Below, piece by piece: positions 27,439-38,961 of a stretch of DNA of 64,000 bases. The notes under the pieces are model-generated. The model did not search any database, was not told where the DNA came from, and saw only the letters and a program-made list of their open reading frames with translations. This stretch comes from Nocardioidaceae bacterium (GTDB taxonomy: Bacteria > Actinomycetota > Actinomycetes > Propionibacteriales > Nocardioidaceae), in the NCBI GenBank assembly GCA_009780515.1, contig WQZX01000004.1, positions 4,696-68,695 of the forward strand, written 5' to 3'. The number at the start of each line of letters is the position of its first letter. The first letter of the stretch is position 1. The position numbers and the translations under genes were made by a program.

Positions 27439-27855
27439 GTGACCGACTACCGCATCGCGGAGGCCGCCGAGCTGCTCGGCGTCTCGACCGACACGGTGCG
27501 CCGCTGGGTCGACTCGGGTCGGCTGACCGGCCACTCGACCGACGGTCGTACGACGATCGCCGGCGCCGACCTCGCCCGGTTCGCCGCCTCGGCCATCGAC
27601 GACGCCGAGCGCGAGCGCACCGGCGCCGGGGCCGTCAGCGCCCGCAACCGGATGCGCGGCCTGGTCACGAAGGTCACCAAGGACACCGTGATGGCGCAGA
27701 TCGAGATGGTCTGCGGTCCCTACCGGGTCGTGTCCCTGATGAGCACCGAGGCGGCGGACGAGCTCGGCCTGGAGCCGGGCGTGCTCGCCGTCGCGTCGAT
27801 CAAGTCCACCAACGTGGTGGTCGAGCGCCCACCCGATCCGAGGAGCAACAGATGA
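27439..27855 (+). CDS. MerR-type HTH + TOBE/Mop molybdate-binding regulator
   Basis: YRIAEAAELLGVSTDTVRRWVDSGRL followed by SARNRMRGLVTKV...IKSTNVVV. It overlaps the modA start. Confidence 0.8.
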   Translation: MTDYRIAEAAELLGVSTDTVRRWVDSGRLTGHSTDGRTTIAGADLARFAASAIDDAERERTGAGAVSARNRMRGLVTKVTKDTVMAQIEMVCGPYRVVSLMSTEAADELGLEPGVLAVASIKSTNVVVERPPDPRSNR

Positions 27856-28610
27856 TCCGCAAGCTCGCCGTCGCCGCCTCCGCGACGATGCTGGCCGTCA
27901 CCCTCGCCGCCTGCGGCAGCAACGGGGGCAGCGGCTCCGGCAAGCAGGTCTTCCGCGTGCTGGCGGCGTCCTCGCTCACCGACGTCTTCGCCCAGCTCGA
28001 GAAGACCTTCGAGGCGCAGCACCCGGGCGTCGACGTACAGATCAGCTACGGGTCCAGCACCGACCTGGCCAACCAGGCGTCCGACGGCGCGCCCGGCGAC
28101 GTGATCGCGACCGCCGACGCCGACTCGATGGGCCTGGCTGTCAAGTCCGGCGCCGCACTGACCGGAAAGAACGAGTTCGCCACCAACGTCCTGGTGATCG
28201 CCACGAAGCCGGGCAACCCCGACCACCTCCGGTCGCTGTCGGACCTCGGCGGAGTCACGTGGGTCGAGTGCGATCCCTCGGCGCCCTGCGGCAAGGTCTC
28301 CGCGCAGCTGCTGCAGGCCCAGCACGTCACCGCCAAGCCGGCGAGCCTCGAGCCCGACGTGCGGTCCACCCTCAGCAAGCTCACCGGCGGCGACGCCGAT
28401 GCCGCCCTCGTCTACGCCTCGGACGCCAAGTCGGTCGGCAAGCAGGTCACCGCCGTTCCGATCCCCGGCGCCGACAAGGCGAAGGCGGACTACTACGTCA
28501 GCCCGCTCAAGCAGACCACAGACATGAGCCTCGCGAACGCCTGGGTCAAGCTCGTCATGGGCGCTCAGGGCCAGGCCGTGTTCAAGAAGGCCGGCTTCGG
28601 CGCCAAGTGA
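27852..28610 (+). CDS. modA: Molybdate ABC transporter substrate-binding lipoprotein
   Basis: Lipobox LAAC, plus VLAASSLTDVF and SYGSS. Confidence 0.85.
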   Translation: MIRKLAVAASATMLAVTLAACGSNGGSGSGKQVFRVLAASSLTDVFAQLEKTFEAQHPGVDVQISYGSSTDLANQASDGAPGDVIATADADSMGLAVKSGAALTGKNEFATNVLVIATKPGNPDHLRSLSDLGGVTWVECDPSAPCGKVSAQLLQAQHVTAKPASLEPDVRSTLSKLTGGDADAALVYASDAKSVGKQVTAVPIPGADKAKADYYVSPLKQTTDMSLANAWVKLVMGAQGQAVFKKAGFGAK

Positions 28611-28617
28611 GGGCCGG

Positions 28618-29409
28618 ATGAAGCACGCGCTGGGGCGTCCCCCGGTGGCACTCCTGCTGGTGGCGACGCTGGCCGTCGCGGTCGTGGCGCTGCCCCTGGT
28701 CGCGCTCGTCGCTCAGGCCCACCCCAAGGCGATCAGCGAGGCGCTCCGGTCGCAGGCGCTGCGGCAGGCGATGTGGCTCTCGCTGATCACCTCGGTCGCC
28801 TCGACCACGATCTGCGCGGTGCTCGGGCTGCCGCTGGCATGGGTGCTGGCGCGCCTGACGTTCCCGGGTCGCAAGCTGCTCCGGGCGCTCGTCGCCGTAC
28901 CGATGCTGATGCCGCCGGTGGTCGGCGGCGTCGCGCTGGAGGCGGCCTTCGGGCGGACCGGGCTGTTCGGCGCGCCGCTGCTCGCCCACACCGGCTTCTC
29001 CTTCCCCTACACGACCTGGGGCGTGGTGCTGGCCCACGTCTTCGTGTGCCTGCCGTTCGTGGTGATCAGCCTCGAGGGCAGCCTGCGCGCCCTCGGCCAG
29101 GAGTACGACGTCGCCGCCGCGACCCTCGGCGCCTCCCGCTGGCACGCCTTCCGGCGGGTGACGCTGCCCCTCGCCCTGCCCGGGATCGGCGCCTCCCTGC
29201 TGCTCGGCTGGGCCCGCTCGCTCGGCGAGTTCGGCGCGACGATCACCTTCAACGGCAACTACCCCGGCACCACCCAGACGATGCCGACGCTGATCTACGT
29301 CGCCCACGAGTCCGACGAGCAGGCCGTGGTCGCGCTCAGCCTCATCATGCTGGCCGTCTCGATCGGGATCCTGGTCGCGCTGCGCGACCGATGGCTGGTG
29401 GCGGCGTGA
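28618..29409 (+). CDS. modB: Molybdate ABC transporter permease
   Basis: EAA-loop region ARSLGEFGATITFNGN; about 6 TM segments. Confidence 0.85.
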   Translation: MKHALGRPPVALLLVATLAVAVVALPLVALVAQAHPKAISEALRSQALRQAMWLSLITSVASTTICAVLGLPLAWVLARLTFPGRKLLRALVAVPMLMPPVVGGVALEAAFGRTGLFGAPLLAHTGFSFPYTTWGVVLAHVFVCLPFVVISLEGSLRALGQEYDVAAATLGASRWHAFRRVTLPLALPGIGASLLLGWARSLGEFGATITFNGNYPGTTQTMPTLIYVAHESDEQAVVALSLIMLAVSIGILVALRDRWLVAA

Positions 29410-30053
29410 CCGGCCTGGTCGTCGACCTGTCGGTGCGCGGGCGACTGGACGCGGCGTTCGCCGTCCCGGCAGGGGCCGTCGTCGCGGTCGTCGGCCCGAA
29501 CGGTGCCGGCAAGTCCACCCTGCTCGGCGCGCTGGCGGGCGCGCTCGCCGCCCGGGGGACGGCGCGGCTCGGCGACGTGGACCTGATGCGGCTGCCGGCG
29601 TACCGCCGCGAGGTGGGGCTGGTCTTCCAGGACCGCCGCCTCTTCCCGCACCTCAGCGCGCTGGACAACGTCGCGTTCGGCCTGCGCAGCCGACGCCGTC
29701 CGCGCAAGGCCGCGCGGGCCACGGCGATGGAGTGGCTCGAGCGGCTCGGCGTCGCCGAGCTCGCCGGGCGGAGGGCGACCGATCTGTCCGGCGGGCAGGC
29801 CCAGCGGGTGGCGATCGCGCGGGCCCTGGTCACCCAGCCGCGACTGCTGCTCCTCGACGAGCCTTTCACCGGGCTGGCCACCGACACCGCCGAGGCGCTC
29901 CGCTCGACGCTGGCCACCCACCTGTCGTCGTACGACGGGACGACGCTGGTCGTCACGCACGACGACCGCGACGTCGCGGCGCTCGCGGAGCGGACCCTCA
30001 CCATCGAGGACGGGCGGATCGTCGGCGACGGCGGGCGCGAGCCGAGCCGATAG
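29406..30053 (+). CDS. modC: ABC transporter ATP-binding protein (molybdate)
   Basis: GTGA overlap with modB. Contains [24 protein letters not shown] and LLLDEP. Confidence 0.85.
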   Translation: MTGLVVDLSVRGRLDAAFAVPAGAVVAVVGPNGAGKSTLLGALAGALAARGTARLGDVDLMRLPAYRREVGLVFQDRRLFPHLSALDNVAFGLRSRRRPRKAARATAMEWLERLGVAELAGRRATDLSGGQAQRVAIARALVTQPRLLLLDEPFTGLATDTAEALRSTLATHLSSYDGTTLVVTHDDRDVAALAERTLTIEDGRIVGDGGREPSR

Positions 30054-30063
30054 GGTGCACCCC

Positions 30064-31074
30064 ATGGAAGCCCTCGCCGTGGAGCCGTCCGCCCCCGACC
30101 GCAACCTGGCACTCGAGCTGGTGCGCGTGACCGAGGCCGCCGCGATGGCGGCCGGCCGCTGGGTCGGGCGGGGCGACAAGAACGGTGCCGACGGCGTCGC
30201 CGTGCAGGCGATGCGGGTGATGATCTCGTCGGTGTCGATGAACGGCACCGTGGTCATCGGCGAGGGCGAGAAGGACGACGCCCCGATGCTCTTCAACGGC
30301 GAGCAGGTCGGCGACGGCACCGGCCCCGAGTGCGACATCGCGGTCGACCCGATCGACGGCACCACGCTGACCGCGAAGGGCCAGAACAACGCCGTCGCGG
30401 TGCTCGCGGCGTCCGCCCGCGGCACGATGTACGACCCCTCCGCGGTCTTCTACATGGAGAAGCTCGTCACCGGCCCCGAGGCCGCCGACGTCGTCGACAT
30501 CCGCCTGCCCGCCGCCGAGAACATCCACCTGGTCGCCAAGGCCAAGGGCTCCAACCCCTCCGACGTGACCGTCGTGCTGCTCGACCGGCCCCGTCACGAC
30601 CAGCTCGTCGAGGAGATCCGCGGCACCGGCGCGCGGATCAAGTTCATCTCCGACGGCGACGTCGCCGGCGCGATCATGGCCGCGCGCGCCGACACCGGCA
30701 TCGACCTGCTCATGGGCATCGGCGGCACCCCCGAGGGCATCATCACCGCCTGCGCGATGAAGTCGATGGGCGGCACCATCCAGGGACGCCTCTGGCCCAA
30801 GGACGACGAGGAGCGGCAGAAGGCCCTCGACGCCGGCCACAACCTCGACCCCGACTTCGTGCTCCGCACCGACGACCTCGTCACCGGCGACGACTGCTTC
30901 TTCGTCGCCACCGGCATCACCGACGGGGAGCTCCTCCGCGGCGTCCGCTACAGCGGCGGCGGCGCGATGACCCAGTCGCTGGTCATGCGGTCCCGATCCG
31001 GCACCGTCCGCACCATCACCTCCGAGCACAAGCTGCAGAAGCTGCGGTCGTTCTCCGCGATCGACTTCGACTGA
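30064..31074 (+). CDS. glpX: Class II fructose-1,6-bisphosphatase
   Basis: Contains [28 protein letters not shown] and GIGGTPEG. Confidence 0.95.
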   Translation: MEALAVEPSAPDRNLALELVRVTEAAAMAAGRWVGRGDKNGADGVAVQAMRVMISSVSMNGTVVIGEGEKDDAPMLFNGEQVGDGTGPECDIAVDPIDGTTLTAKGQNNAVAVLAASARGTMYDPSAVFYMEKLVTGPEAADVVDIRLPAAENIHLVAKAKGSNPSDVTVVLLDRPRHDQLVEEIRGTGARIKFISDGDVAGAIMAARADTGIDLLMGIGGTPEGIITACAMKSMGGTIQGRLWPKDDEERQKALDAGHNLDPDFVLRTDDLVTGDDCFFVATGITDGELLRGVRYSGGGAMTQSLVMRSRSGTVRTITSEHKLQKLRSFSAIDFD

Positions 31075-31082
31075 GAGGGGCG

Positions 31083-31173
31083 CCGGTATTTCACTGGGTT
31101 CCCAGTGAAATACCGGGCTTTGGAGGGAAATTTCGCGGTAGAGCCGGGTAATTCACTGGGAACCCAGTGAATT
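31083..31173. repeat. Twin-hairpin palindromic element, copy 1
   Basis: CCGGTATTTCACTGGG-tt-CCCAGTGAAATACCGG (31083-31116), then AATTCACTGGG-aa-CCCAGTGAATT (31150-31173). It sits between convergent genes. Hairpin sequences and spacing match the copy at 54441-54532. Confidence 0.8.
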
Positions 31174-31175
31174 CC

Positions 31176-31994
31176 TCACGCGGTCTGTCCCAGCCCAGTC
31201 GACATCGCAGCCTCGACCTGCGCCCGGTTGCCGAGCAGCCCGGCGACGACGCGGTCGCCCACCCGGGGGTCGAAGGCCATGCCGATGTGGGACGCGCGGA
31301 CCTCGACCGCGGTGCCTTGCCGGTCGATGCAGGCACGCCAGTCGACGATGCCGTCGCGGCGGGAGTAGATGTTGGTCATCGCGACGCCGGGACGCAGCAG
31401 CTCCCTGCTCTCGTAGAAGCTGAGGTGCGCGCACCGTCCGCTCACGCAGTCGGTCGACATCATGCCGGGCAGGCCGGCGTCACTGAGCCGGGTGAGCAGC
31501 CGCACTCCCCCGGTCAGCAGCGGGTGGTGCGCGGCGGGAGCCTTCATCGGGCTGCCCATCGTCACCACGCCGGAGACCAGGTCGGGGCGTCGTACGACGA
31601 GGCCGCGGGCGATCATCCCGCCCAGCGAGTGTCCGACGATCTGCACCCGCCCGCCGCGGCGCTCGACGATCGACTCCAGCCGCGCCTCGACGATGGCGGC
31701 GGCGTTGAGGGTGCAGCCGACGTTGGCGTGGATCGTCGACCGGTACGTGCGGAAGCCCTCCCGGCGCAGGCGGTCGGCCAGGCCGACGAGGCTCCAGTCG
31801 CCGGCCAGGAAGCCAGGGACCAGCAGGACCGGTTCGCCGGCGCCCTCACCGCGTGAGCGGCGGACGACCCCCGCTCCTCGACGTACGACGGCCCGACCCG
31901 CCTCCTCGACCAGGCTCCGCTCGTTGAGCAGGGCCGTCAGGCGCGGGGGCGCGTAGCCGTCCGGCATCAGGAAGGGCGCCAGCGTGTGACTCAC
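31176..31994 (-). CDS. Alpha/beta hydrolase, lipase/esterase-like
   Basis: GHSLGG nucleophile elbow. The start is uncertain (GTG 31994 or ATG 31967). The listed start at 32081 would overlap the divergent neighbour. Confidence 0.7.
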   Translation of the reverse strand: MSHTLAPFLMPDGYAPPRLTALLNERSLVEEAGRAVVRRGAGVVRRSRGEGAGEPVLLVPGFLAGDWSLVGLADRLRREGFRTYRSTIHANVGCTLNAAAIVEARLESIVERRGGRVQIVGHSLGGMIARGLVVRRPDLVSGVVTMGSPMKAPAAHHPLLTGGVRLLTRLSDAGLPGMMSTDCVSGRCAHLSFYESRELLRPGVAMTNIYSRRDGIVDWRACIDRQGTAVEVRASHIGMAFDPRVGDRVVAGLLGNRAQVEAAMSTGLGQTA

Positions 31995-32062
31995 GCCACC
32001 GATGCTAACTGGTTGACCCACCAACAATCGGTAGATCCCCCGATCGGGGCCACACTGGTCGC

Positions 32063-32977
32063 ATGCCTGTCGACGCCTCACCCGAGCTGTTCGCCCCCGT
32101 GTCGCCGGAGCTCGAGCTCTGCTACCAGACCTTCGGCGACCCGGCGGACGAGCCGCTGCTGCTGGTGATGGGGCTCGGCGGGCCGATGACGTGGTGGGAC
32201 GCCCGGCTGTGCGAGCAGCTGGCCGAGCGGGGGTTCTACGTCGTCCGCTACGACAACCGCGACACCGGCCGGTCCAGCGAGGGGCGCGGGCGGGTCCGGC
32301 CCGACACGCTGGCGAGGGCGTTCCTGGGCGGCCGGCCCCGGGCGCCGTACTCCATCTCGGACCTGGCCGCCGACGCGTTCGGCCTGCTCGACCACCTCGG
32401 CATCGAGGCCGCCCACGTCGCCGGCGTGTCGATGGGCGGCATGATCGCCCAGACGATGGCGCTCGAGTCGCCCCGGCGCGTGCTCAGCCTGACCAGCATC
32501 ATGTCGACCACCGGACGACGCTCGGTGGGCTGGCAGCACCCGTCGCTGCTCCCGACCCTGTTCGTCTCACGCGGCCCGACCCGCGAGTCCTACATCAAGG
32601 GCGCCGTCACGGTGTGGCGCATCATCGGCTCGCCGGGCTACCCGCAGACCGACGAGCAGCTGCGCAGCCGCGCCGGGGACACCCACGATCGCGGGGTCTC
32701 CCGCGACGGCGTGGTCCGGCAGATGCTGGCCGTGCTGACCCAGCCCGACCGCACCGAGCCGCTCGGCAGCCTGCCGATGCCGGTCTCGGTCATCCACGGT
32801 CTGAGCGACAAGATGGTCCACGTCTCCGGAGGCCGCGCGACCGCCGCGGCCGTGCCCGGAGCGGAGATCCTGCTCATCGCCGGGATGGGCCACGATCTCC
32901 CGCCGGAGCTGTACGGCAGCTTCGTCGCCGCGATCCGGCGTACGGCGGACCGCGCGACCGCCCGCACCGCCGGATGA
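32063..32977 (+). CDS. Alpha/beta fold hydrolase
   Basis: Contains LLLVMGLGG, the GVSMGG nucleophile elbow, and GMGHDLP. Confidence 0.85.
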   Translation: MPVDASPELFAPVSPELELCYQTFGDPADEPLLLVMGLGGPMTWWDARLCEQLAERGFYVVRYDNRDTGRSSEGRGRVRPDTLARAFLGGRPRAPYSISDLAADAFGLLDHLGIEAAHVAGVSMGGMIAQTMALESPRRVLSLTSIMSTTGRRSVGWQHPSLLPTLFVSRGPTRESYIKGAVTVWRIIGSPGYPQTDEQLRSRAGDTHDRGVSRDGVVRQMLAVLTQPDRTEPLGSLPMPVSVIHGLSDKMVHVSGGRATAAAVPGAEILLIAGMGHDLPPELYGSFVAAIRRTADRATARTAG

Positions 32978-33020
32978 TGGACGCTTCATGTCCTCCTCAT
33001 CCGACGCGCAATAGCGTCGG

Positions 33021-34100
33021 ATGGTGAGCGACACCGAGCAGGTCTCCACCACCGCGGACACGACGCCGGTCGCGCGCGGCCTCAAGCGACAGGTCATCGG
33101 CCTGTGGGTCGTCGTGCTGTGCTTCATCGCCGTCGGCATCGCCCGGTCGATCCAGGTCGGGATCCCCTTCCGCGACCCGGGTGGCGACTACCTGCGTGGC
33201 CGGATCGCCGAGACCGTCGGCTTCTTCATCGCCCTCGTCCTCGTCGACGGCCTCCTGCGCACGCGGGGCCGCCGGGCTCCGCGCGCGGTCCTCACGACGA
33301 TCCGCCAGCGCTGGACCCCGAAGCGGATCGGGCTGGCCTGGGTCGCGCTGATCGCCTACCACCTGACGTACTTCACCTACCACAACCTCAAGAGCTGGGA
33401 CGTCTTCCTCACCAACCGCGACAAGATGCTCCTGAGCTGGGACAAGGCGCTCTTCTTCGGCCACAGCCCGGCCGTCCTGCTCCACGACCTGTTCGGCGAG
33501 CACCTCGCGGCGCACGTGTTCATGGTCTGGTACGAGACCTTCCCGGTGATCGTCCTGGTCGCCTTCCCTGCCGCCATCGTGCTGCCGAGGCGCCTGCGCG
33601 ACGGCTACGCCGACATCGCGTCCTTCGCCTGGATCTGGATCCTCGGCACCATCACCTACTACGCGATCCCCTCGCTCGGCCCGTTCGAGGTCGCGCCGAA
33701 GGAGTTCGCCGGGCTCCCGCACTCGATGATCCAGACGACCCAGGCGGCGTACCTCGCTCAGCGCAACTTCCTGCTGGCGCATCCGCACTCGCCCCACGGG
33801 TGGGCGCAGATCTCGGCGTTCGCCAGCCTGCACGTGGGCGTCACCACCGTGATCTTCGGGCTGGCCGTGCGCCACCGGCTGCGCATCCCCAGCATCCTGC
33901 TCGGCGTCTTCCTCGTCGGCACGATGCTGGCGACGGTCTACCTGGGCTGGCACTTCGCCGTGGACATCCCCGCCGGTCTCGTCATCGGCGCGCTCTCGCT
34001 GTGGCTCGGGCCGCGCACCGTCGGCGTACGCCGGAGGATCACCGGGGAGCGCGCCACCGATCGGCGAGGTCGGCTCGAGTCGCCGCCCGCCTCGACGTAG
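33021..34100 (+). CDS. PAP2-superfamily (PAP2_C / IPC-synthase-like) membrane protein
   Basis: Multi-TM protein with FASLHVG and YLGWHFAVDIPAG motifs. Confidence 0.75.
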   Translation: MVSDTEQVSTTADTTPVARGLKRQVIGLWVVVLCFIAVGIARSIQVGIPFRDPGGDYLRGRIAETVGFFIALVLVDGLLRTRGRRAPRAVLTTIRQRWTPKRIGLAWVALIAYHLTYFTYHNLKSWDVFLTNRDKMLLSWDKALFFGHSPAVLLHDLFGEHLAAHVFMVWYETFPVIVLVAFPAAIVLPRRLRDGYADIASFAWIWILGTITYYAIPSLGPFEVAPKEFAGLPHSMIQTTQAAYLAQRNFLLAHPHSPHGWAQISAFASLHVGVTTVIFGLAVRHRLRIPSILLGVFLVGTMLATVYLGWHFAVDIPAGLVIGALSLWLGPRTVGVRRRITGERATDRRGRLESPPAST

Positions 34101-34134
34101 AGGCTCGCACCGAGCTCCACGAGGTCGCACGGCG

Positions 34135-35034
34135 TCAGCGACTGAGCGACGTCTCGGTGTCGATGCGGTCGAGCTTGTGCGGGTTGCGCATCGCATAGAG
34201 ACGGGCGATCCGGCCGCCCTCGACGACGATGCTGATCGCGGAGGTGCCGACCGGCTCGGGGCCGTCCATCCGCAGCGCGAGCGCGCCGTTGATCCACACC
34301 GGCGTGAGCGACGTGCCCTCCGAGTACCGCGGGAAGTTGCGCAGGAACGCGGCGATCTTCGACGCCCCCACGATCGGCACCCGCGCCGCCGCCGCGATGC
34401 CGCCACCGTCGGCGACGAGCACCACGTCCGGCGCCAGCACGTCCATCAGCGCCTGCACGTCGCCGCCCTGCATCGCCGCGACGAACCGCTCCATCACCTC
34501 CCGCTGCTCGGTGCTGTCGACCGTGACGCGGGGCCGGCGGGCATCGACATGCGAGCGCGCGCGGTGTGCGATCTGGCGTACGGCGGCCGGCGACTTGTCC
34601 ACGGCGCCGGCGATCTCGTCGTACGGCACGTCGAAGACCTCGCGCAGCACGAAGACGGCGCGCTCGGTCGGCGTCAGTGTCTCGAGCACGGTCATCATCG
34701 CGATCGAGACGCACTCGGCGAGCTCGATGTCGTCGGCCACGTCCGGGGCGGTCAGCAGCGGCGACGGCAGCCACTCACCGACGTAGTCCTCCTTGCGCCG
34801 CGCCAGCGTCCGCAGCCGGTTGAGCGACTGCCGCGTGGTGGCCCGCACCAGGTAGGCCCGCGCATCACGCACCCCGGCCCGCTCCGCCTCGCCGAGCCCG
34901 TCCCACCGCAGCCACGTCTCCTGTACGACGTCCTCCGCGTCGGCCGCGGAGCCGAGCATCTCGTAGGCGACGGTGAAGAGCAGGCTGCGGTGGGCGACGA
35001 ACGGGTCGTCCCCGGCCGCCGCGGCTCTGCTCAT
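34135..35034 (-). CDS. ECF sigma factor with fused C-terminal SnoaL/NTF2-like domain (ECF41/SigJ-like)
   Basis: Region 2 (LFTVAYEMLGSAADAEDVVQETWLRW) and region 4 (ERAVFVLREVFDVPYDEIAGAV), plus a ~100-aa extension. ATGA overlap with the upstream CMD gene. Confidence 0.85.
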   Translation of the reverse strand: MSRAAAAGDDPFVAHRSLLFTVAYEMLGSAADAEDVVQETWLRWDGLGEAERAGVRDARAYLVRATTRQSLNRLRTLARRKEDYVGEWLPSPLLTAPDVADDIELAECVSIAMMTVLETLTPTERAVFVLREVFDVPYDEIAGAVDKSPAAVRQIAHRARSHVDARRPRVTVDSTEQREVMERFVAAMQGGDVQALMDVLAPDVVLVADGGGIAAAARVPIVGASKIAAFLRNFPRYSEGTSLTPVWINGALALRMDGPEPVGTSAISIVVEGGRIARLYAMRNPHKLDRIDTETSLSR

Positions 35035-35615
35035 GACGCCGACGCTACGCCGCTGCGCTCGGCCATCGGCTTCAGGCCGCAGGCAGCCGCGAAGCCCTCG
35101 GACTCGATGCCCAGCGCGACGTTGCCGCGGGTCGTGAGGTTCGCGAAGCCGATGATGTTGGTCAGCTCGACGAGCGCCGCCGGCCCGAGCTGGCGCGAGA
35201 GGCTCGCGACCATCTCGTCGGTGACGGCGATCGGCGTCGTGGTCATCGCCTCGGCGTACTCCAGGACCTCGCGCTCGAGCGGGCTGAAGACCCTCGACGA
35301 GCGCCACCTCGGGATCTCGCGGGCCTTGTCGAGGTCGAGGCCCTGGTCCCTGGCCATGAAGTAGTTGAAGTCGAGGCACCAGGTGCAGCCGACGTACGAC
35401 GCGACCGCCATGTGCGCGAACGACTTCAAGCTCTCGTCGCAGCGGTCCCACTTCTGCGTCTTCTGCCCGAAGCCCATGGTCGCCTTCAGGACCGGGACGT
35501 TGTGCCACATGACGCCGAGCGACTCGGGCACGCTGCCGAACATCCTGGCCGCGAACCTCTTCACGATCGCGCCGTAGAGGCCGGTGATCTCGGTCGGTTC
35601 GATGCGGGTGGTCAT
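35031..35615 (-). CDS. Carboxymuconolactone decarboxylase (AhpD-like) family protein
   Basis: 194 aa from ATG 35615, preceded by GGAGGAG. Contains a CTWC motif. It is the tail of listed ORF 35031..37121. Confidence 0.8.
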   Translation of the reverse strand: MTTRIEPTEITGLYGAIVKRFAARMFGSVPESLGVMWHNVPVLKATMGFGQKTQKWDRCDESLKSFAHMAVASYVGCTWCLDFNYFMARDQGLDLDKAREIPRWRSSRVFSPLEREVLEYAEAMTTTPIAVTDEMVASLSRQLGPAALVELTNIIGFANLTTRGNVALGIESEGFAAACGLKPMAERSGVASAS

Positions 35616-35653
35616 GACTCCTCCTGAGATGTCTGGTTGGTTCCACCCATCCA

Positions 35654-35680
35654 GACACCGGCCACCGCCCCGGTGTGACA
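35654..35680 (-). promoter_or_regulatory. ECF41-type promoter candidate (TGTCACA-n16-TGTC)
   Basis: The minus strand reads TGTCACA (35680-35674), a 16-nt spacer, then TGTC (35657-35654), about 40 nt upstream of the CMD start codon. The ECF41 consensus, as I recall it, is TGTCACA-n16-CGTC. Confidence 0.55.
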
Positions 35681-35828
35681 ACCGTGTGACCGATGCCGCC
35701 TGGGCTCGGAGGGGGCGTTTCGGCAGCACGGTGGTAATCTGCGCATGCGCCCATATCTCGGTGGCTCCCAAGTACTCCCGAGATTGGTCCGCTCGGGGGA
35801 TCTGATCACGTCTGGGAAATGGGGACCC

Positions 35829-37109
35829 ATGAAGACTCGTCTTCTGCTTTGCGCCGCGACCATCGGTTTGGCGACCACTGCTTTCGTGAGTGCCGTGTCG
35901 CCGGCACACGCGGCCAACGTCGCCTGGGCCTACTCGGCCTCCACGGGCGGCACCTACGTCCACCTCGCCGACGGCACGGTCACCTCTGACCTGACGGCGA
36001 GCTCGAACATCAGCGGCAGCACCAACTCGACCAAGTCGGTCAACAGCACCGCCGCGGGCAAGGTCGGCACGCTCGGCACCGCCGGCGCCGTGCAGACCAA
36101 GACGACCGCTGCCGCGACCGCCTCGAAGACGACGATCAACGGGTGGGCTCGTACCGCCGGCGTCAACCTGCTCGGCGGCCTGATCCGTGCCAACGCGATC
36201 ACCACCGACGTGACGTCGTGGGCCAAGAGCGACGGCACCAGCGGCATCTCCAGCGCCTCGTCGCAGATCGCGGGCCTGAAGATCTCCGGCATCAAGGTGC
36301 CGGTGAACATCCCGAAGAACTGGCACGTCCGGATCCCGGGCATCGCGACGATCTCGGCCAACTTCAGCAAGCACGCCACCAACGGCGGCACCGCCGCCAC
36401 CCTCGGCTGGGCGCTCAACGTCACGCTGCTGCAGAAGAAGGACGGCATGCCGGCCGGCGCGGTGATCGTGGTCAACCCGGTCAACCAGTACTTCATGCAG
36501 GGTGTCCCGGGTGCGGGCACGATGCTCCAGGGCGCCGCGATGGCCACGCAGGTCAAGGCGAACGTCGGCGGCCAGCTCAAGCTCGCCAGCGACCCGGTCG
36601 CCTACATCGCGACGCCGTTCGGCTCCAGCCACGGCACGACGCTGGTCAACGACACCGCCAAGGCGCACGTCGGGAGCGGGCTCAACACCCTCCTGAACGC
36701 GGCTGCGGTCCGCTCCACCAGCTGGTCCACGGCCGACCCGAAGGGCAACGCGGAGATCCGCAACATCTCCACCATCGCCGGCCTGAACCTGCTCGGTGGC
36801 CTGATCAAGGCCGACGCGATCAAGGTGGTCGCCCACTCCAAGCTGCAGAACGGCAAGTGGACCCACAACCAGAGCATGACGCTGGCCAACCTGGTGATCG
36901 CCGGCAAGAAGATCCCGCTCACGGTCAAGCCGAACACGACGCTCAACATCGCCAACCTCGGCAAGGTCGTGCTCAACAAGCAGGTCGCGAACGCCAAGAC
37001 CCGCACCAACGGCATCTTCGCCGTGCAGATCACGCTCAACACCGCCCGTGCCGGCCTGCAGGCCGGCTCGGAGATCGACCTGGCCGCCGCGGCGACCGAG
37101 ATCGACTGA
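35829..37109 (+). CDS. Secreted protein with internal two-fold repeat, unknown function
   Basis: Signal peptide [28 protein letters not shown]. Repeated block: [19 protein letters not shown]...[13 protein letters not shown] versus [19 protein letters not shown]...[10 protein letters not shown]. Rich in T/S/N/A. Confidence 0.8.
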   Translation: MKTRLLLCAATIGLATTAFVSAVSPAHAANVAWAYSASTGGTYVHLADGTVTSDLTASSNISGSTNSTKSVNSTAAGKVGTLGTAGAVQTKTTAAATASKTTINGWARTAGVNLLGGLIRANAITTDVTSWAKSDGTSGISSASSQIAGLKISGIKVPVNIPKNWHVRIPGIATISANFSKHATNGGTAATLGWALNVTLLQKKDGMPAGAVIVVNPVNQYFMQGVPGAGTMLQGAAMATQVKANVGGQLKLASDPVAYIATPFGSSHGTTLVNDTAKAHVGSGLNTLLNAAAVRSTSWSTADPKGNAEIRNISTIAGLNLLGGLIKADAIKVVAHSKLQNGKWTHNQSMTLANLVIAGKKIPLTVKPNTTLNIANLGKVVLNKQVANAKTRTNGIFAVQITLNTARAGLQAGSEIDLAAAATEID

Positions 37110-37126
37110 CGAGCGAACCATCTCGA

Positions 37127-37160
37127 CGAGGGCCCGGCCGCGGACGCGGCCGGGCCCTCG
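37127..37160 (+). terminator. 15-bp GC hairpin after the secreted-protein gene
   Basis: CGAGGGCCCGGCCGC-ggac-GCGGCCGGGCCCTCG, 18 nt after the stop codon. Confidence 0.6.
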
Positions 37161-37188
37161 TGCGTGCGGGGAGATATCCTCAGGAGCC

Positions 37189-38880
<1,692 letters not shown>

Positions 38881-38961
38881 CGGTCCCGTTCCTGCGGCAC
38901 CAGTCGCCGACACGCCGCGCCGTACGGCGTGTCGGTCACGCGCGACGCAGGGACCGTCACG
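38881..38961. repeat. 81-nt hairpin-forming repeat, copy A
   Basis: Starts immediately after the fumarase stop. The inner stem is CCGACACGCCG/CGGCGTGTCGG and the outer stems are CGGTCCC...GGGACCG. By hand count, 62 of 81 positions are identical to copy B in an ungapped alignment. Confidence 0.7.
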
